The translations under genes were made by a program, and so were the position numbers. Source: an uncultured virus (IMG/VR IMGVR_UViG_3300020727_000006) (lineage: Duplodnaviria; Heunggongvirae; Uroviricota; Caudoviricetes). Taken from it: a stretch of DNA of 64,000 nucleotides. Below the pieces are notes generated by a model. That model worked only from the letters and a program-made list of their open reading frames with translations, searched no databases and was not told the origin of the DNA. The stretch is taken from the IMG/VR virus record IMGVR_UViG_3300020727_000006. One strand, 5' to 3'. Positions within the stretch are counted from its first letter, which is position 1. Each line of letters opens with the position of its first letter. This document shows positions 18,409 to 28,197 of the stretch, one piece after another.

Positions 18409-19500
18409 TTAGAAAAGATCAACTGTTTCCCATGGCAATCCATCTTTGCCAAAGTGTCCGTAATTAGTCGTAGCACTATAGATAGGACGGAATAGGTCAA
18501 ACTTGTTGATAATACCAAGTGGCGTTAAGTCAACATTCTCACGAATCCACTTTGTCAATGCACGACTATCGCCATTGCTTTCAACATAGAAACTCATTGG
18601 CTGTTCAAGACCAATAGCATAGGATACCTGAACTGTTGCCCAATCTGCTCGTCCGCTTGCCACGATATTCTTGGCAAGATAACGCATCATGTAAGCGGCA
18701 GACCTATCAACCTTTGTAGGGTCTTTACCACTAAATGCACCGCCACCATGAGGAGCAGAACCGCCGTAAGTATCAACAATAATCTTACGACCAGTAAGAC
18801 CAGTATCGCCATCTGGACCACCAATAACAAAGCGTCCAGTAGGATTGATATGAAACTGTGTGCGAGTATCAACTAAGCGGTCAGGAAGAATACCACGAAT
18901 AAGCTGTTCTACTCGTGTGCGAACCGTATGCATATCAGTATTTTCGCTATGCTGAGTAGAACACACTACCTTATCAATGCGAAATGGGTTGTTATCATCA
19001 TTGTATTCAACGGTAATTTGGCTCTTGGCATCTGGACCAAGCCAATCACGACCACTCTTGCGATGTTCAGCCAATACCTTGACAATTTCATGACTATAAT
19101 GGATGGCACTTGGCATAAAGTTTGGTGTCTCATTGGAAGCGTAACCAAACATCAAGCCCTGATCGCCAGCACCAAAAGTATCAGTACCTAGCGCAATATC
19201 AGCACTTTGACCATGCATTAGGTTGAGAATTTCAACAGTTCGCCAATCAAATCCACTTTGCTCATATCCAATATTTTTAATAGTATTGATAACAGCAGCA
19301 TCTACTAATTGTGGATCAAGTTCGCCTTTGTATTCACCTGCAATTACTACTTGATTAGTAGTAACAAGTGTTTCACACGCACACCGATAAGATTTATCAT
19401 GTGGTTGCATCATCAAATCTAGAATAGCATCGCTGATAGCATCAGCAACTTTATCTGGATGTCCTTCACTTACCGACTCGCTTGTAAAAAGATAACTCAT
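18409..19500 (-). CDS. metK: S-adenosylmethionine synthetase
   Basis: FTSESVSEGHPDK, GAGDQG, GGGAFSGKDPTKVDRS. Confidence 0.97.
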   Translation of the reverse strand: MSYLFTSESVSEGHPDKVADAISDAILDLMMQPHDKSYRCACETLVTTNQVVIAGEYKGELDPQLVDAAVINTIKNIGYEQSGFDWRTVEILNLMHGQSADIALGTDTFGAGDQGLMFGYASNETPNFMPSAIHYSHEIVKVLAEHRKSGRDWLGPDAKSQITVEYNDDNNPFRIDKVVCSTQHSENTDMHTVRTRVEQLIRGILPDRLVDTRTQFHINPTGRFVIGGPDGDTGLTGRKIIVDTYGGSAPHGGGAFSGKDPTKVDRSAAYMMRYLAKNIVASGRADWATVQVSYAIGLEQPMSFYVESNGDSRALTKWIRENVDLTPLGIINKFDLFRPIYSATTNYGHFGKDGLPWETVDLF

Positions 19501-20526
19501 TTAATTTCCTTTTGTTAATTCTTCGTGTAGTTTAAAACTAGCAAGGTTTTTTGCCTTGGCTTCTACTTGAATATCAAAGTCATTCCACAATTCGCCAACA
19601 TATTGATTGACTGCGCCATTCCACATAAAATCACTATGAGAGCGAAGGGTACCTTTCTTGTGACCACTTTCCATTAGTGTGGATAGATCAGGTCTAGTAG
19701 CATCAGAGATACCCATAGATTCACGACTAACACTATAATGAAGAGTAGGGCGGACACCACGCCAACTATCCTTGACCATCTTAATACGGTCATCAGACGG
19801 TGAGATGTATTCGCCGCTATGAATCCAGTGATGATGTGTATCAAAAACGATAGGCAAGATATCACCCAAAGCAAGACAAGCATCAAGTCCATATGAATAT
19901 TCCTCATTTTCTATTGTGATAAGGTTTCTGGCTTCGCGTGAAAGTCTATTAAAGACTTGGCGAACTCCTTCTGCACATCGTCGTCCCGCAATATGGACAT
20001 TGATCTTAAAACCGAAATCATGCCAGCTATCCCCATAGCCCATCCATCTAGCCATATCAGTATGATACTCAAATTCTGCGATTGAATTTGTAATAACATC
20101 TTCTCTGTCGCTACCAAGCACACAAAACTGGCCTGGATGAAAACTAATACGGACACCGTGAAGTTTAGCACTTTCTCCAATTCGGGCCAATCGCTTTTCG
20201 ATGGCAGCAAGAGTGTCTGGACGACGATAGAAATAGCTCCAAGTTGGCTCAGTGTACACAGGGAAAATGTCACTACTAAGACGCACCATTCGAAGTGCTG
20301 GGTCCAATAGTCCCACACGGTTGACCAAATTGAGTGTAGCATTGGTATTGTGCTCCATGATGTCCCACAGCCGCTGCTCAGCAACCGCTTTGGTCTGTCG
20401 GTTTAACCAAGCTACTGTTGTAGTCTTGTTGTTATAATTTAATGCATCATCTTTAGGCTTGAAGCCATCAAGTTGATCCACGGTGTCAATCCATTTGCAG
20501 CAAAAGCCGATTCGTTTTTGGGTCAT
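19501..20526 (-). CDS. uvsE: UV damage endonuclease
   Basis: RLSSD, SFHPGQF, IENEE, DTHHH, HSD, EAKAKN. Confidence 0.92.
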   Translation of the reverse strand: MTQKRIGFCCKWIDTVDQLDGFKPKDDALNYNNKTTTVAWLNRQTKAVAEQRLWDIMEHNTNATLNLVNRVGLLDPALRMVRLSSDIFPVYTEPTWSYFYRRPDTLAAIEKRLARIGESAKLHGVRISFHPGQFCVLGSDREDVITNSIAEFEYHTDMARWMGYGDSWHDFGFKINVHIAGRRCAEGVRQVFNRLSREARNLITIENEEYSYGLDACLALGDILPIVFDTHHHWIHSGEYISPSDDRIKMVKDSWRGVRPTLHYSVSRESMGISDATRPDLSTLMESGHKKGTLRSHSDFMWNGAVNQYVGELWNDFDIQVEAKAKNLASFKLHEELTKGN

Positions 20527-20532
20527 ATTAAT

Positions 20533-20560
20533 AATATAACACAGATTTATACATTGTCAA
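20533..20560 (-). promoter_or_regulatory. Sigma70-type early promoter, leaderless
   Basis: TTGACA-16 nt-TATATT-6 nt-ATG. Confidence 0.75.
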
Positions 20561-20563
20561 GCG

Positions 20564-22027
20564 TTAAAATACAGGAATATTATGCAAATTACTAAATTTT
20601 TGGGCGTCTTCCCATGTATTTACTAATGGTTCGCCTTTAATATTAAGGCTAGTATTCAACAACATCGGACAACGAGTTCTTGAATACCATGCTTCTAATA
20701 TCTTATACACGATGCTTGGAGTAGGATGATCAATTGTTTGAACACGAGAAGTTCCGTCTACATGACAAATTGCTGGAAAATCTTGGGGAGAAAGACATGC
20801 ATCTGCATATTGCATATAGTCATGATCTACTCGCATCTTGCTGTAAAAGTATTCGCTAAACCAAGGTTTCAATATAATTGGTGCAAATGGGCGAAATGGT
20901 TCGCGCTTCTTAATTGCATTAACACGATCTTTTACATCGCCACCACGAGGATCGGCAAGCAGTGAACGATTGCCTAGCGCACGAGGACCAAACTCTGCAC
21001 GACCATTGGCAATGCCAACAACTTGTCCTGCTTCCAGTGCATCAACCACATCGCGCACATTTACACTACGACGAATATCGTGACCAAGAAATGCATGATC
21101 TAGATGCACATGCTTCTTAGTATGATAGGCAACTGCACCAAGACTTAATCCAGCATCTCCAGTATTTGGCGGTACCCATATATTATAAAATCCAGTAAAT
21201 CTTTTTAATCTAGTATTTGCTACACAATTAAGAGCGCATCCGCCGCTTAACACTAGATTATCACTGCGAACAATTTCACGCGCATAGCGGCAGATTGCCA
21301 TTAGATATTGTTCATATATTGCTTGAGCGGTAGCTGCAATATCTTCGGGCTTCCAACCATTTTCATCAGGCGTTTTCCACCAACGCATGCCACGATGCAG
21401 ATTGTGCTTAAACTCTATGTTCGGCGGTGACCATGCTCCAAAGAACTCATTAAGCATTTCTTTAAGATATTTTGGCTCACCATATGCTGCCATGCCCATG
21501 ACAATATATTCTTCTTCGTTGGGCTTGAACCCAAGATAATCTGTGATGGCACTATAGAATAGCCCAATACTTTGTGGATAGACATTGCTCCAAACTTTGC
21601 GTAGTTCAAGTCCACGACCACGCCATATTGAAGTGCATTCAAGTTCACCAACTGCATCAATTACCACAATAGCAGCATCAGCAAATTTACTGGTATAATA
21701 ACCCATAGCAGTATGTGCGCCATGATGCGGCGTAGTGATCACTGGTATTTTACCTAATCCATATTTTTTAAGATATGTGTTTAAGTTATAATGCAGCGGA
21801 CGCTGACCACTTATAAGATTGCGAACCGTGCGTTTCCATGGTTGTTCATACCATACTATTCTATCTGGTATGCCATATTGTAGCGCATCATCAATGAGTG
21901 CTTCATTAAGATGAGGATCATTTTTTACTCTGCTATACCGCTCGGCGTGACCCGCAAAAAGAATATTAGACCCATCAACAAGAGCAATACTTGCATCATG
22001 GTTGTTAGCATTGATACCTAATAACAT
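20564..22027 (-). CDS. O-carbamoyltransferase (NodU/CmcH/TobZ family)
   Basis: [43 protein letters not shown]. Confidence 0.93.
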   Translation of the reverse strand: MLLGINANNHDASIALVDGSNILFAGHAERYSRVKNDPHLNEALIDDALQYGIPDRIVWYEQPWKRTVRNLISGQRPLHYNLNTYLKKYGLGKIPVITTPHHGAHTAMGYYTSKFADAAIVVIDAVGELECTSIWRGRGLELRKVWSNVYPQSIGLFYSAITDYLGFKPNEEEYIVMGMAAYGEPKYLKEMLNEFFGAWSPPNIEFKHNLHRGMRWWKTPDENGWKPEDIAATAQAIYEQYLMAICRYAREIVRSDNLVLSGGCALNCVANTRLKRFTGFYNIWVPPNTGDAGLSLGAVAYHTKKHVHLDHAFLGHDIRRSVNVRDVVDALEAGQVVGIANGRAEFGPRALGNRSLLADPRGGDVKDRVNAIKKREPFRPFAPIILKPWFSEYFYSKMRVDHDYMQYADACLSPQDFPAICHVDGTSRVQTIDHPTPSIVYKILEAWYSRTRCPMLLNTSLNIKGEPLVNTWEDAQKFSNLHNIPVF

Positions 22028-22033
22028 TTTTCC

Positions 22034-22144
22034 TCAATATACAAATGGATCGCGTTTCTTAAGTTCCTTAAGCAACTTACGACGCTTATATTTGTACATC
22101 ATATCATCAAAAATATTATAAATCCATTTAAAAATGCGTTTCAT
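22034..22144 (-). CDS. 36-aa basic peptide upstream of the carbamoyltransferase (not in ORF track)
   Basis: ATGA-coupled; MKRIFKWIYNIFDDMMYKYKRRKLLKELKKRDPFVY. Confidence 0.65.
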   Translation of the reverse strand: MKRIFKWIYNIFDDMMYKYKRRKLLKELKKRDPFVY

Positions 22145-23328
22145 AGAATCTTCCCCCAACTAGTTTGACCATGACATCTGTATATAGCACTGCCATCGAT
22201 GAGTATTGCAATTTCTCCAGGTTCACCAACTCGTTCAGGTATTCTATCAACTACACTTATTACTAATCCAGATAATCTGATTCTGCCGTTTATTTCAATA
22301 TCACCAGTAGTTTTTAGTTTAATCTGTGGTTGGTTATTACTGCCGAGCGTAACATCTGACATTCTAGTGCTGCCAGCAAATATATTTTTTGGTGAATGTT
22401 TTACTAGTGTAAATTCACTATCTTCATCCCATACAGTAAGCGCACCACGCGCTTCTTCTGTATTGATTCCAACTCGCTTATCTGTAACTGTTAAGGTTTC
22501 TGCAATACTAGCTTGTCCGCTTACTACTAGCTCAGTCAGGTTTCCTACTTTTCTAAGATTACTATTGATAATTTGTGGACCAAGGGTATTTTCACTAAGA
22601 ATTATTCTATCTTGGTAAGTGATACTGCGATTGGTTAGATCAATGTTGTTTTGGTTATTTCTATCAACAATTTCTACAGCAGCGCCATTGGCGATAGCTT
22701 TAATATATCTATCAAGCGTTTCGGTAGATGATATTGTTCCATCTAAAATTAAATTGCCTTCAATGGTTACATTTTTAAGAAAAGCATTATCATCAATTAG
22801 TAGATTAGCAGCAGTAATGTTATTTGTAGTAATAATACCTTCATCAGTTATAACTAACTGAGTTGTTGATGATTGGTCTTCAATACCAGTACTATTAAAA
22901 AGTTTTATTTTTCCTGAATCTATTTTTGAGGCAGGAATTATTGCTTTTTCTAAATTAATACTGTTAAATGGAATACTTGCTTCTGGAAATTCATAGCTAT
23001 CAGCAACACGATGCACTTCATTTTTTACACTGCTTAATATTAAACTATTAATATCAGCAGACTGTATTGTTGTTGTAACTTGGTTTGTTCCAAAAGTTAA
23101 TAATTGGTCAGCTAATATATTTTTAACAAGCGAAGTAACTTCACTTTGTAAATCTCGTTTACTAACAATGTCACCCAATATTCTAGTAGTTAAATTTAGA
23201 ATAACATTACTGACTTGTTTTTCTAGTGTTTCTGCAATAATTTGATCTAAGTTAACAGTTTGCAAATACTGTTCTACATTAGCTTTTACACTAGCTGCAA
23301 TGGTTTGTTCAATTTGTAAGTTTACCAA
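22141..23328 (-). CDS. Hypothetical protein, probably virion structural
   Basis: Helical N-terminus, beta-rich C-terminus with SNLRKVGNLTEL and VGINT motifs typical of fibre proteins. Confidence 0.5.
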   Translation of the reverse strand: MVNLQIEQTIAASVKANVEQYLQTVNLDQIIAETLEKQVSNVILNLTTRILGDIVSKRDLQSEVTSLVKNILADQLLTFGTNQVTTTIQSADINSLILSSVKNEVHRVADSYEFPEASIPFNSINLEKAIIPASKIDSGKIKLFNSTGIEDQSSTTQLVITDEGIITTNNITAANLLIDDNAFLKNVTIEGNLILDGTISSTETLDRYIKAIANGAAVEIVDRNNQNNIDLTNRSITYQDRIILSENTLGPQIINSNLRKVGNLTELVVSGQASIAETLTVTDKRVGINTEEARGALTVWDEDSEFTLVKHSPKNIFAGSTRMSDVTLGSNNQPQIKLKTTGDIEINGRIRLSGLVISVVDRIPERVGEPGEIAILIDGSAIYRCHGQTSWGKIL

Positions 23329-23330
23329 GT

Positions 23331-24038
23331 TTAAAACCTAAGTGTGATGATGTGCTCGTAGTTTTTTTTAAAAAATCCACGATATAACAGATTCTTCTGT
23401 ATTACATAATCACTGCCGTTTAAATCACTGCTGTATTTTGCTAATTGTTTAAAATACATAGTACGGCGGTTTTCTGGGCCAAGAACTGTTAACTCATTAT
23501 GATTTTCTATATAGTATATATAGTTTTTCCAGTTCTGCCTATTATTTTTGTCTAATATATTTTGATCTAAGATTATTGACTCTGTTGCACCATGAGTAGC
23601 AATTGTATCAACTTGGCTTCTTTTGTGTGGCGCTGAGTTTTTATAGTCTTGTAGAGTGGTTATAACATAACCGTCTGTTACTGATTTAACATTTTCAAGT
23701 AAATCTCGCTGATCTTGTTCTGTTTCAGCATAGGTAAAATATTCATCTAGTGCAAGACAAACATCAACTTTGTTTTTAACATCTTTTATATTATCAACAA
23801 ATTCACTCTTAGATTGCCATGAATATTTTAAACTTTGGTCTGCTACGACAATACAATCATAATGATTTTCAAGCAATATAACAATTGGATTAAAAGAAGT
23901 TAACAAAACAGTGCGAGGAGAAATATTTAAGCTTGCAAACAACTTGTCTATAATATCAAATTTTGCTTGTGCTTGTTCAAGCCATCTATTAGGGTCAATA
24001 GTTTGTTGAATTTTTAACCAGTAATCCGTATTAATCAT
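23331..24038 (-). CDS. Hypothetical late protein (possible degenerate methyltransferase fold)
   Basis: GGAG RBS and ATG at 24038 lie within a late-promoter hairpin. Confidence 0.6.
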   Translation of the reverse strand: MINTDYWLKIQQTIDPNRWLEQAQAKFDIIDKLFASLNISPRTVLLTSFNPIVILLENHYDCIVVADQSLKYSWQSKSEFVDNIKDVKNKVDVCLALDEYFTYAETEQDQRDLLENVKSVTDGYVITTLQDYKNSAPHKRSQVDTIATHGATESIILDQNILDKNNRQNWKNYIYYIENHNELTVLGPENRRTMYFKQLAKYSSDLNGSDYVIQKNLLYRGFFKKNYEHIITLRF

Positions 24039-24078
24039 GCTGAACTCCACCTAATATTTAGTGGAAATTCAGCATGAT
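24034..24078 (-). promoter_or_regulatory. RBS-sequestering hairpin with late promoter in the loop
   Basis: ATCATGCTGAATTTCCAC-TAAATATTAG-GTGGAGTTCAGCATGAT. Confidence 0.75.
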
Positions 24079-24079
24079 C

Positions 24080-24277
24080 TTACTTAAGAATGATACCTAG
24101 TTCTTTCAAATCGTCATAAAGAGTGTGATCATTCGGAATGGTTTCTGTTTTGCCATCTTTGACATTTTTGACAATCTTTTCAATTTCATGCGTTTGCAAC
24201 TCTGTGCAACGCTTAAACGAAGCACGGACCTTGGTCCAATCTGGCTTGCCTTTATATCCCATGATCAACATTGTCAT
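24080..24277 (-). CDS. Small hypothetical early protein
   Basis: ORF downstream of TTGACA-17 nt-TATATT (24301-24329). Confidence 0.6.
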   Translation of the reverse strand: MTMLIMGYKGKPDWTKVRASFKRCTELQTHEIEKIVKNVKDGKTETIPNDHTLYDDLKELGIILK

Positions 24278-24333
24278 AACTCTCTTCTGTTTATTCTCTT
24301 AATATACTATATAGTTTTTATTTTGTCAAGTAG

Positions 24334-24533
24334 TTTTTAACGGGTGGGTTGCTATCCCCACGATGGTTTTAGGCTGGTCTACCATTTCGGGTTTCGTTTG
24401 TCTGACACAACTACCATTACCTTAAACAGGTCTCTCACCTGTGCAGTCCACTGATATTGGTATGCATCCCTCACAGATGGTTTTTAGTTATACTCGCTCC
24501 AACCTTTTAGCACAGCCGTGCCGCCGTTAAAAA
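24334..24533 (-). ncRNA. tRNA-shaped ncRNA of unknown family (about 200 nt)
   Basis: 10-bp terminal stem TTTTTAACGG/CCGTTAAAAA; GGCAC/GTGCT arm; AGGTTGG/CCAGCCT long-range stem; GTGGG-GATAGCAA-CCCAC T-like arm; ORF-free gap. Confidence 0.6.
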
Positions 24534-24536
24534 TTG

Positions 24537-25346
24537 TTATGTCCATAAACCTTTTCTTATACGAACAACAAGCATCAACATAGCAGTATCTTCTGCATCA
24601 TATGCTGCTTCAATTTCAAATGATTTATCTAGTGCCGCACGACCACGCGCTCGTTCTTCTGGGGTTTCTTGATCACGACTTTCAAAAATATGGTCATCAC
24701 CATACTTGTCACGCATATCATCGCAATACTGGCTCCAGTCACTTGCATCATGCACATCAGGACGATTTGGGCGATCAAACTTCCACCAGATATAAAGTTT
24801 CATTACATCAATGGCTCGTTGTGCTTGATCAGTCAATGTACCAAACTTTTCGTCACCCAGTTCCATTCCCCATGACTCATCGTAAAACAGTCCCATTTCC
24901 CATTTTAAATATTCTAAACCAAGTTCAGGACAACGACCGTTCTTCCACACAGCTTTCTTGCTTTCTTCTGTGCTCATCCAACGACTTTTCCATGCAACTT
25001 CCTTTTCGACATAATCAACAATACTTTGCATGATACCATGAAGAATGCGTTCATCTAAATCATGATATTCACCCACTGTTAATCCTGTTGGTAGAACATG
25101 AGTTTGACTCCAGAAACGATTGCGCAGATAATAACGAACATTATCAATATGACCAACTGTGTTGCGATCAATTTTATCAATGATACGAGGAAGAGTTTCA
25201 GTCACCCAATATCCAATAGGATGTGCAGCTTTGGTTTCACGCTTCCACACTGACCAAGCGCCCCATTCAAGAGCCACTGGCTTTTCAATCTTAAACTTCT
25301 TGCGAAGCCAATAGACTACTTTAGTTTCTGACCAATAACGATTCAT
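24537..25346 (-). CDS. Hypothetical protein (Trp-rich)
   Basis: Long ORF with AGGAG RBS and upstream TTGACA promoter. Confidence 0.7.
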   Translation of the reverse strand: MNRYWSETKVVYWLRKKFKIEKPVALEWGAWSVWKRETKAAHPIGYWVTETLPRIIDKIDRNTVGHIDNVRYYLRNRFWSQTHVLPTGLTVGEYHDLDERILHGIMQSIVDYVEKEVAWKSRWMSTEESKKAVWKNGRCPELGLEYLKWEMGLFYDESWGMELGDEKFGTLTDQAQRAIDVMKLYIWWKFDRPNRPDVHDASDWSQYCDDMRDKYGDDHIFESRDQETPEERARGRAALDKSFEIEAAYDAEDTAMLMLVVRIRKGLWT

Positions 25347-25408
25347 TGGAATCTCCTGTTATATTTTAATTTATATTAATAGTACTGGTTTGTCAATTAA
25401 ATAATATC

Positions 25409-26149
25409 ATGATTTTAATTACAGGTGGGTGTAGTTTTAGTGACTGCACATATATAAAAAAAGAAAATAGTACTTGGCCCATTTATCTTTCTGAAAATAT
25501 AAATTTAGAAAAACATTACGCCACAGGCTTGGATAGTATAGGAAATTCGTTAATAAGTAAAAAAGTTTTATATACATGTGAACAATTGTTAAAAATTACG
25601 AATTCAGAAAATTTATTAGTCGGAATAATGTGGAGCAATCCAAATAGAGAAACTATATATATAAATGGAAAAATACCCCGTAAAGCAATACCACAAACTA
25701 AACTAAGTAACGACGATTTAGGAAGTTGGTTAATATTAAATGCACGCCACAATAACATGATTGCAAAAAATTATTTTGTTAATCTGCATGATGAAGTATG
25801 GGGATATATAAAAACACTCGAAATAATATTGCACACTCAATGGTATCTTGAAAGAAAAAATATAAAATATTTCATGATGCCTTATGAAAATTATGTTTTT
25901 AATGAAAAGTTATATGAAAACACAAATGTAAAATGGTTATATGATCAGATAGATTTTAGTAAATTTATCACAATGACAGGATGTTACGAGTGGTGCAGGG
26001 ATAACACAAATTTTCCGTTTAGAGAACACGAAGAAAATCTTGCTATCAAGCATCCTACTAGTGACCATCACAAGAGTTTTACAGAAAAAGTTATAATACC
26101 TTGGCTCGAAAACAACCAATATATAAATGGTGCCCAAAGAGAGGATTGA
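25409..26149 (+). CDS. AT-rich SGNH-like hypothetical protein
   Basis: N-terminal GCSFS, GN, C-terminal HPT..H; leaderless after TAAATA; 3' end overlaps the tRNA. Confidence 0.55.
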   Translation: MILITGGCSFSDCTYIKKENSTWPIYLSENINLEKHYATGLDSIGNSLISKKVLYTCEQLLKITNSENLLVGIMWSNPNRETIYINGKIPRKAIPQTKLSNDDLGSWLILNARHNNMIAKNYFVNLHDEVWGYIKTLEIILHTQWYLERKNIKYFMMPYENYVFNEKLYENTNVKWLYDQIDFSKFITMTGCYEWCRDNTNFPFREHEENLAIKHPTSDHHKSFTEKVIIPWLENNQYINGAQRED

Positions 26150-26202
26150 ACTCCCGACCTACGCATTACAAGTGCGTTGCACTACCGCTGTGCTATTTGG
26201 GC
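26128..26202 (-). tRNA. tRNA-Thr(UGU)
   Basis: Anticodon arm ACGCA-CTTGTAA-TGCGT; GTTCAATC; encoded CCA. Confidence 0.95.
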
Positions 26203-26203
26203 T

Positions 26204-26563
26204 TTATTCTTTCGGAACAGTGTGCTTTACGCCATCCCATGTACTATTTAATTTAGCAGATTCTGTAGAAAAGTCAATAACTAAATCATAAAATTCGTCA
26301 AGTTCTCCAGAAAATTGTCCTTTGAGAGTCGTTGCAAATTCAATAGCTTTGTTCCATACACTAGATTTATAAGCTGCTACCATGTCCTTGTGTAATTCGC
26401 GAAAGAAACTAAGTGTAGCTATATCACCAATATTATTAATTTCAATCACTGCATAAAGAGTTAACGGCTCTGTCATGTTTGGTTGAATAACAGTATCTAA
26501 TTCTAAAACTGTGTACTTGTCTGCCAATTCTTTGGCTATATTTGGGTCAAAAATTATGTTCAT
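26204..26563 (-). CDS. Stand-alone paralog of the adenylate cyclase C-terminal region
   Basis: Aligns by eye with the last ~120 aa of 5851-7902 (LELD/LPLD, LKGQFSGELDEFYD/LKGEFDGQMDGYYD, WDGV). Confidence 0.7.
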   Translation of the reverse strand: MNIIFDPNIAKELADKYTVLELDTVIQPNMTEPLTLYAVIEINNIGDIATLSFFRELHKDMVAAYKSSVWNKAIEFATTLKGQFSGELDEFYDLVIDFSTESAKLNSTWDGVKHTVPKE

Positions 26564-26601
26564 ACCATTATATATTCATAATTAAAATAGAGAACAAAAA
26601 A

Positions 26602-27378
26602 ATGCATTTTGATTTATACAGTGATTTACATGATAATTGGTGGCCAAAAGATCAATTATTAGACTACAAAGGTCTAGGAACTAGTTTAGTAGCAGTGGTT
26701 GCAGGTGATATAAGCAATAACTGGGATTATAGTTTTAATACACTGCTTGAGATTGGGCAACATTATCGCCATGTTATTTTCGTAGATGGAAATCATGAAC
26801 ATAACCATCAATCAAACATTTCAGAAAATTGTGCAAAGTTTCAAGAACGGCTATCGCCGTATCGCAATATAACATTTTTATATAAAAGCTGCATAGTTTT
26901 AGATGATACTGCGTTCGTTGGATGCAACGGATGGTGGACTTATGATTTCTGTCAGCCAGAAGTTTCGACCGCCGAATGTTGGGATGGGTTATTAAACAAT
27001 GTTTACCATGAATCGTTGCAAAGTGAAATTTTTATCACTGCAAAGTTAGAAGCACAAACTTTGTTAAATCAAGTTGAAACTTTTAACAATGATCCACGCA
27101 TTGGTAACATAGTTGTTGTTACACATACTAGTCCTATGCAAAAATTTAGATATATTAATCCAGAAATGGAATTTTTCCATATGGGACGAGCAGGTAATAG
27201 TTTAATGAGTTTAGTATTAAACGCGAATACTAATAAGAAAATTAGTACTTGGTGCTTTGGGCATGTCCACAAAGAATATGATGAAGTGATAGATGGTATT
27301 CGTTATGTATGCCATCCTCGTGGAAGGGCAGAAGAAAATATTGGGCAGATTTACTACCCAAAATTAATTACAGCTTAA
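26602..27378 (+). CDS. Calcineurin-like metallophosphoesterase
   Basis: SDLH, AGD, GNHE, THT, GHVH motifs. Confidence 0.88.
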   Translation: MHFDLYSDLHDNWWPKDQLLDYKGLGTSLVAVVAGDISNNWDYSFNTLLEIGQHYRHVIFVDGNHEHNHQSNISENCAKFQERLSPYRNITFLYKSCIVLDDTAFVGCNGWWTYDFCQPEVSTAECWDGLLNNVYHESLQSEIFITAKLEAQTLLNQVETFNNDPRIGNIVVVTHTSPMQKFRYINPEMEFFHMGRAGNSLMSLVLNANTNKKISTWCFGHVHKEYDEVIDGIRYVCHPRGRAEENIGQIYYPKLITA

Positions 27379-27698
27379 GCTTCTGGTTCTAGCTTTACAG
27401 ATAGTGGAAATTTATTCTTGCGAGCCAGCACTGTAACTTCAACAGCTTTACTTTCTGCAATTTCAAAAGGCAGCACCGCTACAGTGGCTTGCCCCTGTTC
27501 ATGAATTTTTGCAGTCAGTGACATAGCATAATCTTCTGCATGGTCAAACAATTCTTGTAATACAGCCATTACAAATTCTACTGTTGTAACATTGTCGTTA
27601 ACAAATATTACTTGAAACTGTGGAGGCGGAGTGAGATCAGTTTTTGGCTGAATCTTGACACGAGTTGTAGTGTTGGTTTCTGTGCTCATTTTGCTCAT
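27375..27698 (-). CDS. clpS: N-degron adaptor ClpS
   Basis: VIFVNDNVTTVEFV, KIHEQG, EIAESK, FPL. Confidence 0.9.
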   Translation of the reverse strand: MSKMSTETNTTTRVKIQPKTDLTPPPQFQVIFVNDNVTTVEFVMAVLQELFDHAEDYAMSLTAKIHEQGQATVAVLPFEIAESKAVEVTVLARKNKFPLSVKLEPEA

Positions 27699-27710
27699 CT
27701 TCTATTATTT

Positions 27711-27736
27711 ACACGGCGGGACAATTCCCGCCGTGT
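27711..27736. terminator. Strong intergenic hairpin (terminator or stabiliser)
   Basis: ACACGGCGGGA-CAAT-TCCCGCCGTGT. Confidence 0.55.
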
Positions 27737-27749
27737 TTATTAGCATAAA

Positions 27750-28190
27750 TTATTCTGAAATTACTGGAATTTTCTTTGGCTTCTTTTCGTCTGGAACAAT
27801 ATGCTCCAGTTCTACGATAAGCAAGCCATTTTTAACCTTTGCAGCATTTACTACAACATCATCACTTAGTGAGAATGTGCGAATAAACTTGCGAGCAGCA
27901 ATGCCACGATGAAGATACTCATTGGTATCCTCGTCGGTGTTTTCGCCAGTGATAACCAATTGATTATCAGTCAAGGTGATATCAATATCCTTTTCAGAGA
28001 AGCCACTAATGGCAATCTGAATTTCATAATTGGTTTCATCATTGCGGATGATATTGTATGGGGGATAATTTTGTTGTACTTGGATGCTGTTTACACGCAG
28101 CATATCATCAAACATACGATCAAAACCAATAGTGGTACGGTGAAGGTTATCAAATAATTTTTGGTCGAAGACCTGTAGAAGGTTACTCAT
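27750..28190 (-). CDS. Small heat shock protein Hsp20 (IbpA-like)
   Basis: IGFDRMF, NYPPYNI, YLHRGIAARKF, NGLL. Confidence 0.95.
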   Translation of the reverse strand: MSNLLQVFDQKLFDNLHRTTIGFDRMFDDMLRVNSIQVQQNYPPYNIIRNDETNYEIQIAISGFSEKDIDITLTDNQLVITGENTDEDTNEYLHRGIAARKFIRTFSLSDDVVVNAAKVKNGLLIVELEHIVPDEKKPKKIPVISE

Positions 28191-28197
28191 GCTTGTT

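Noticed and set aside
24080..24277. Ribosomal L7/L12 C-terminal-like domain
   Set aside because: Resemblance is too weak to support by eye
24380..24480. Hammerhead ribozyme within the 24.3-kb RNA
   Set aside because: CGAAAC is present but there is no proper CUGANGA core or matching stems
26128..26202. tRNA-Thr as a prophage attachment site
   Set aside because: No integrase or duplicated tRNA 3' end in the window, and both sides are phage-like
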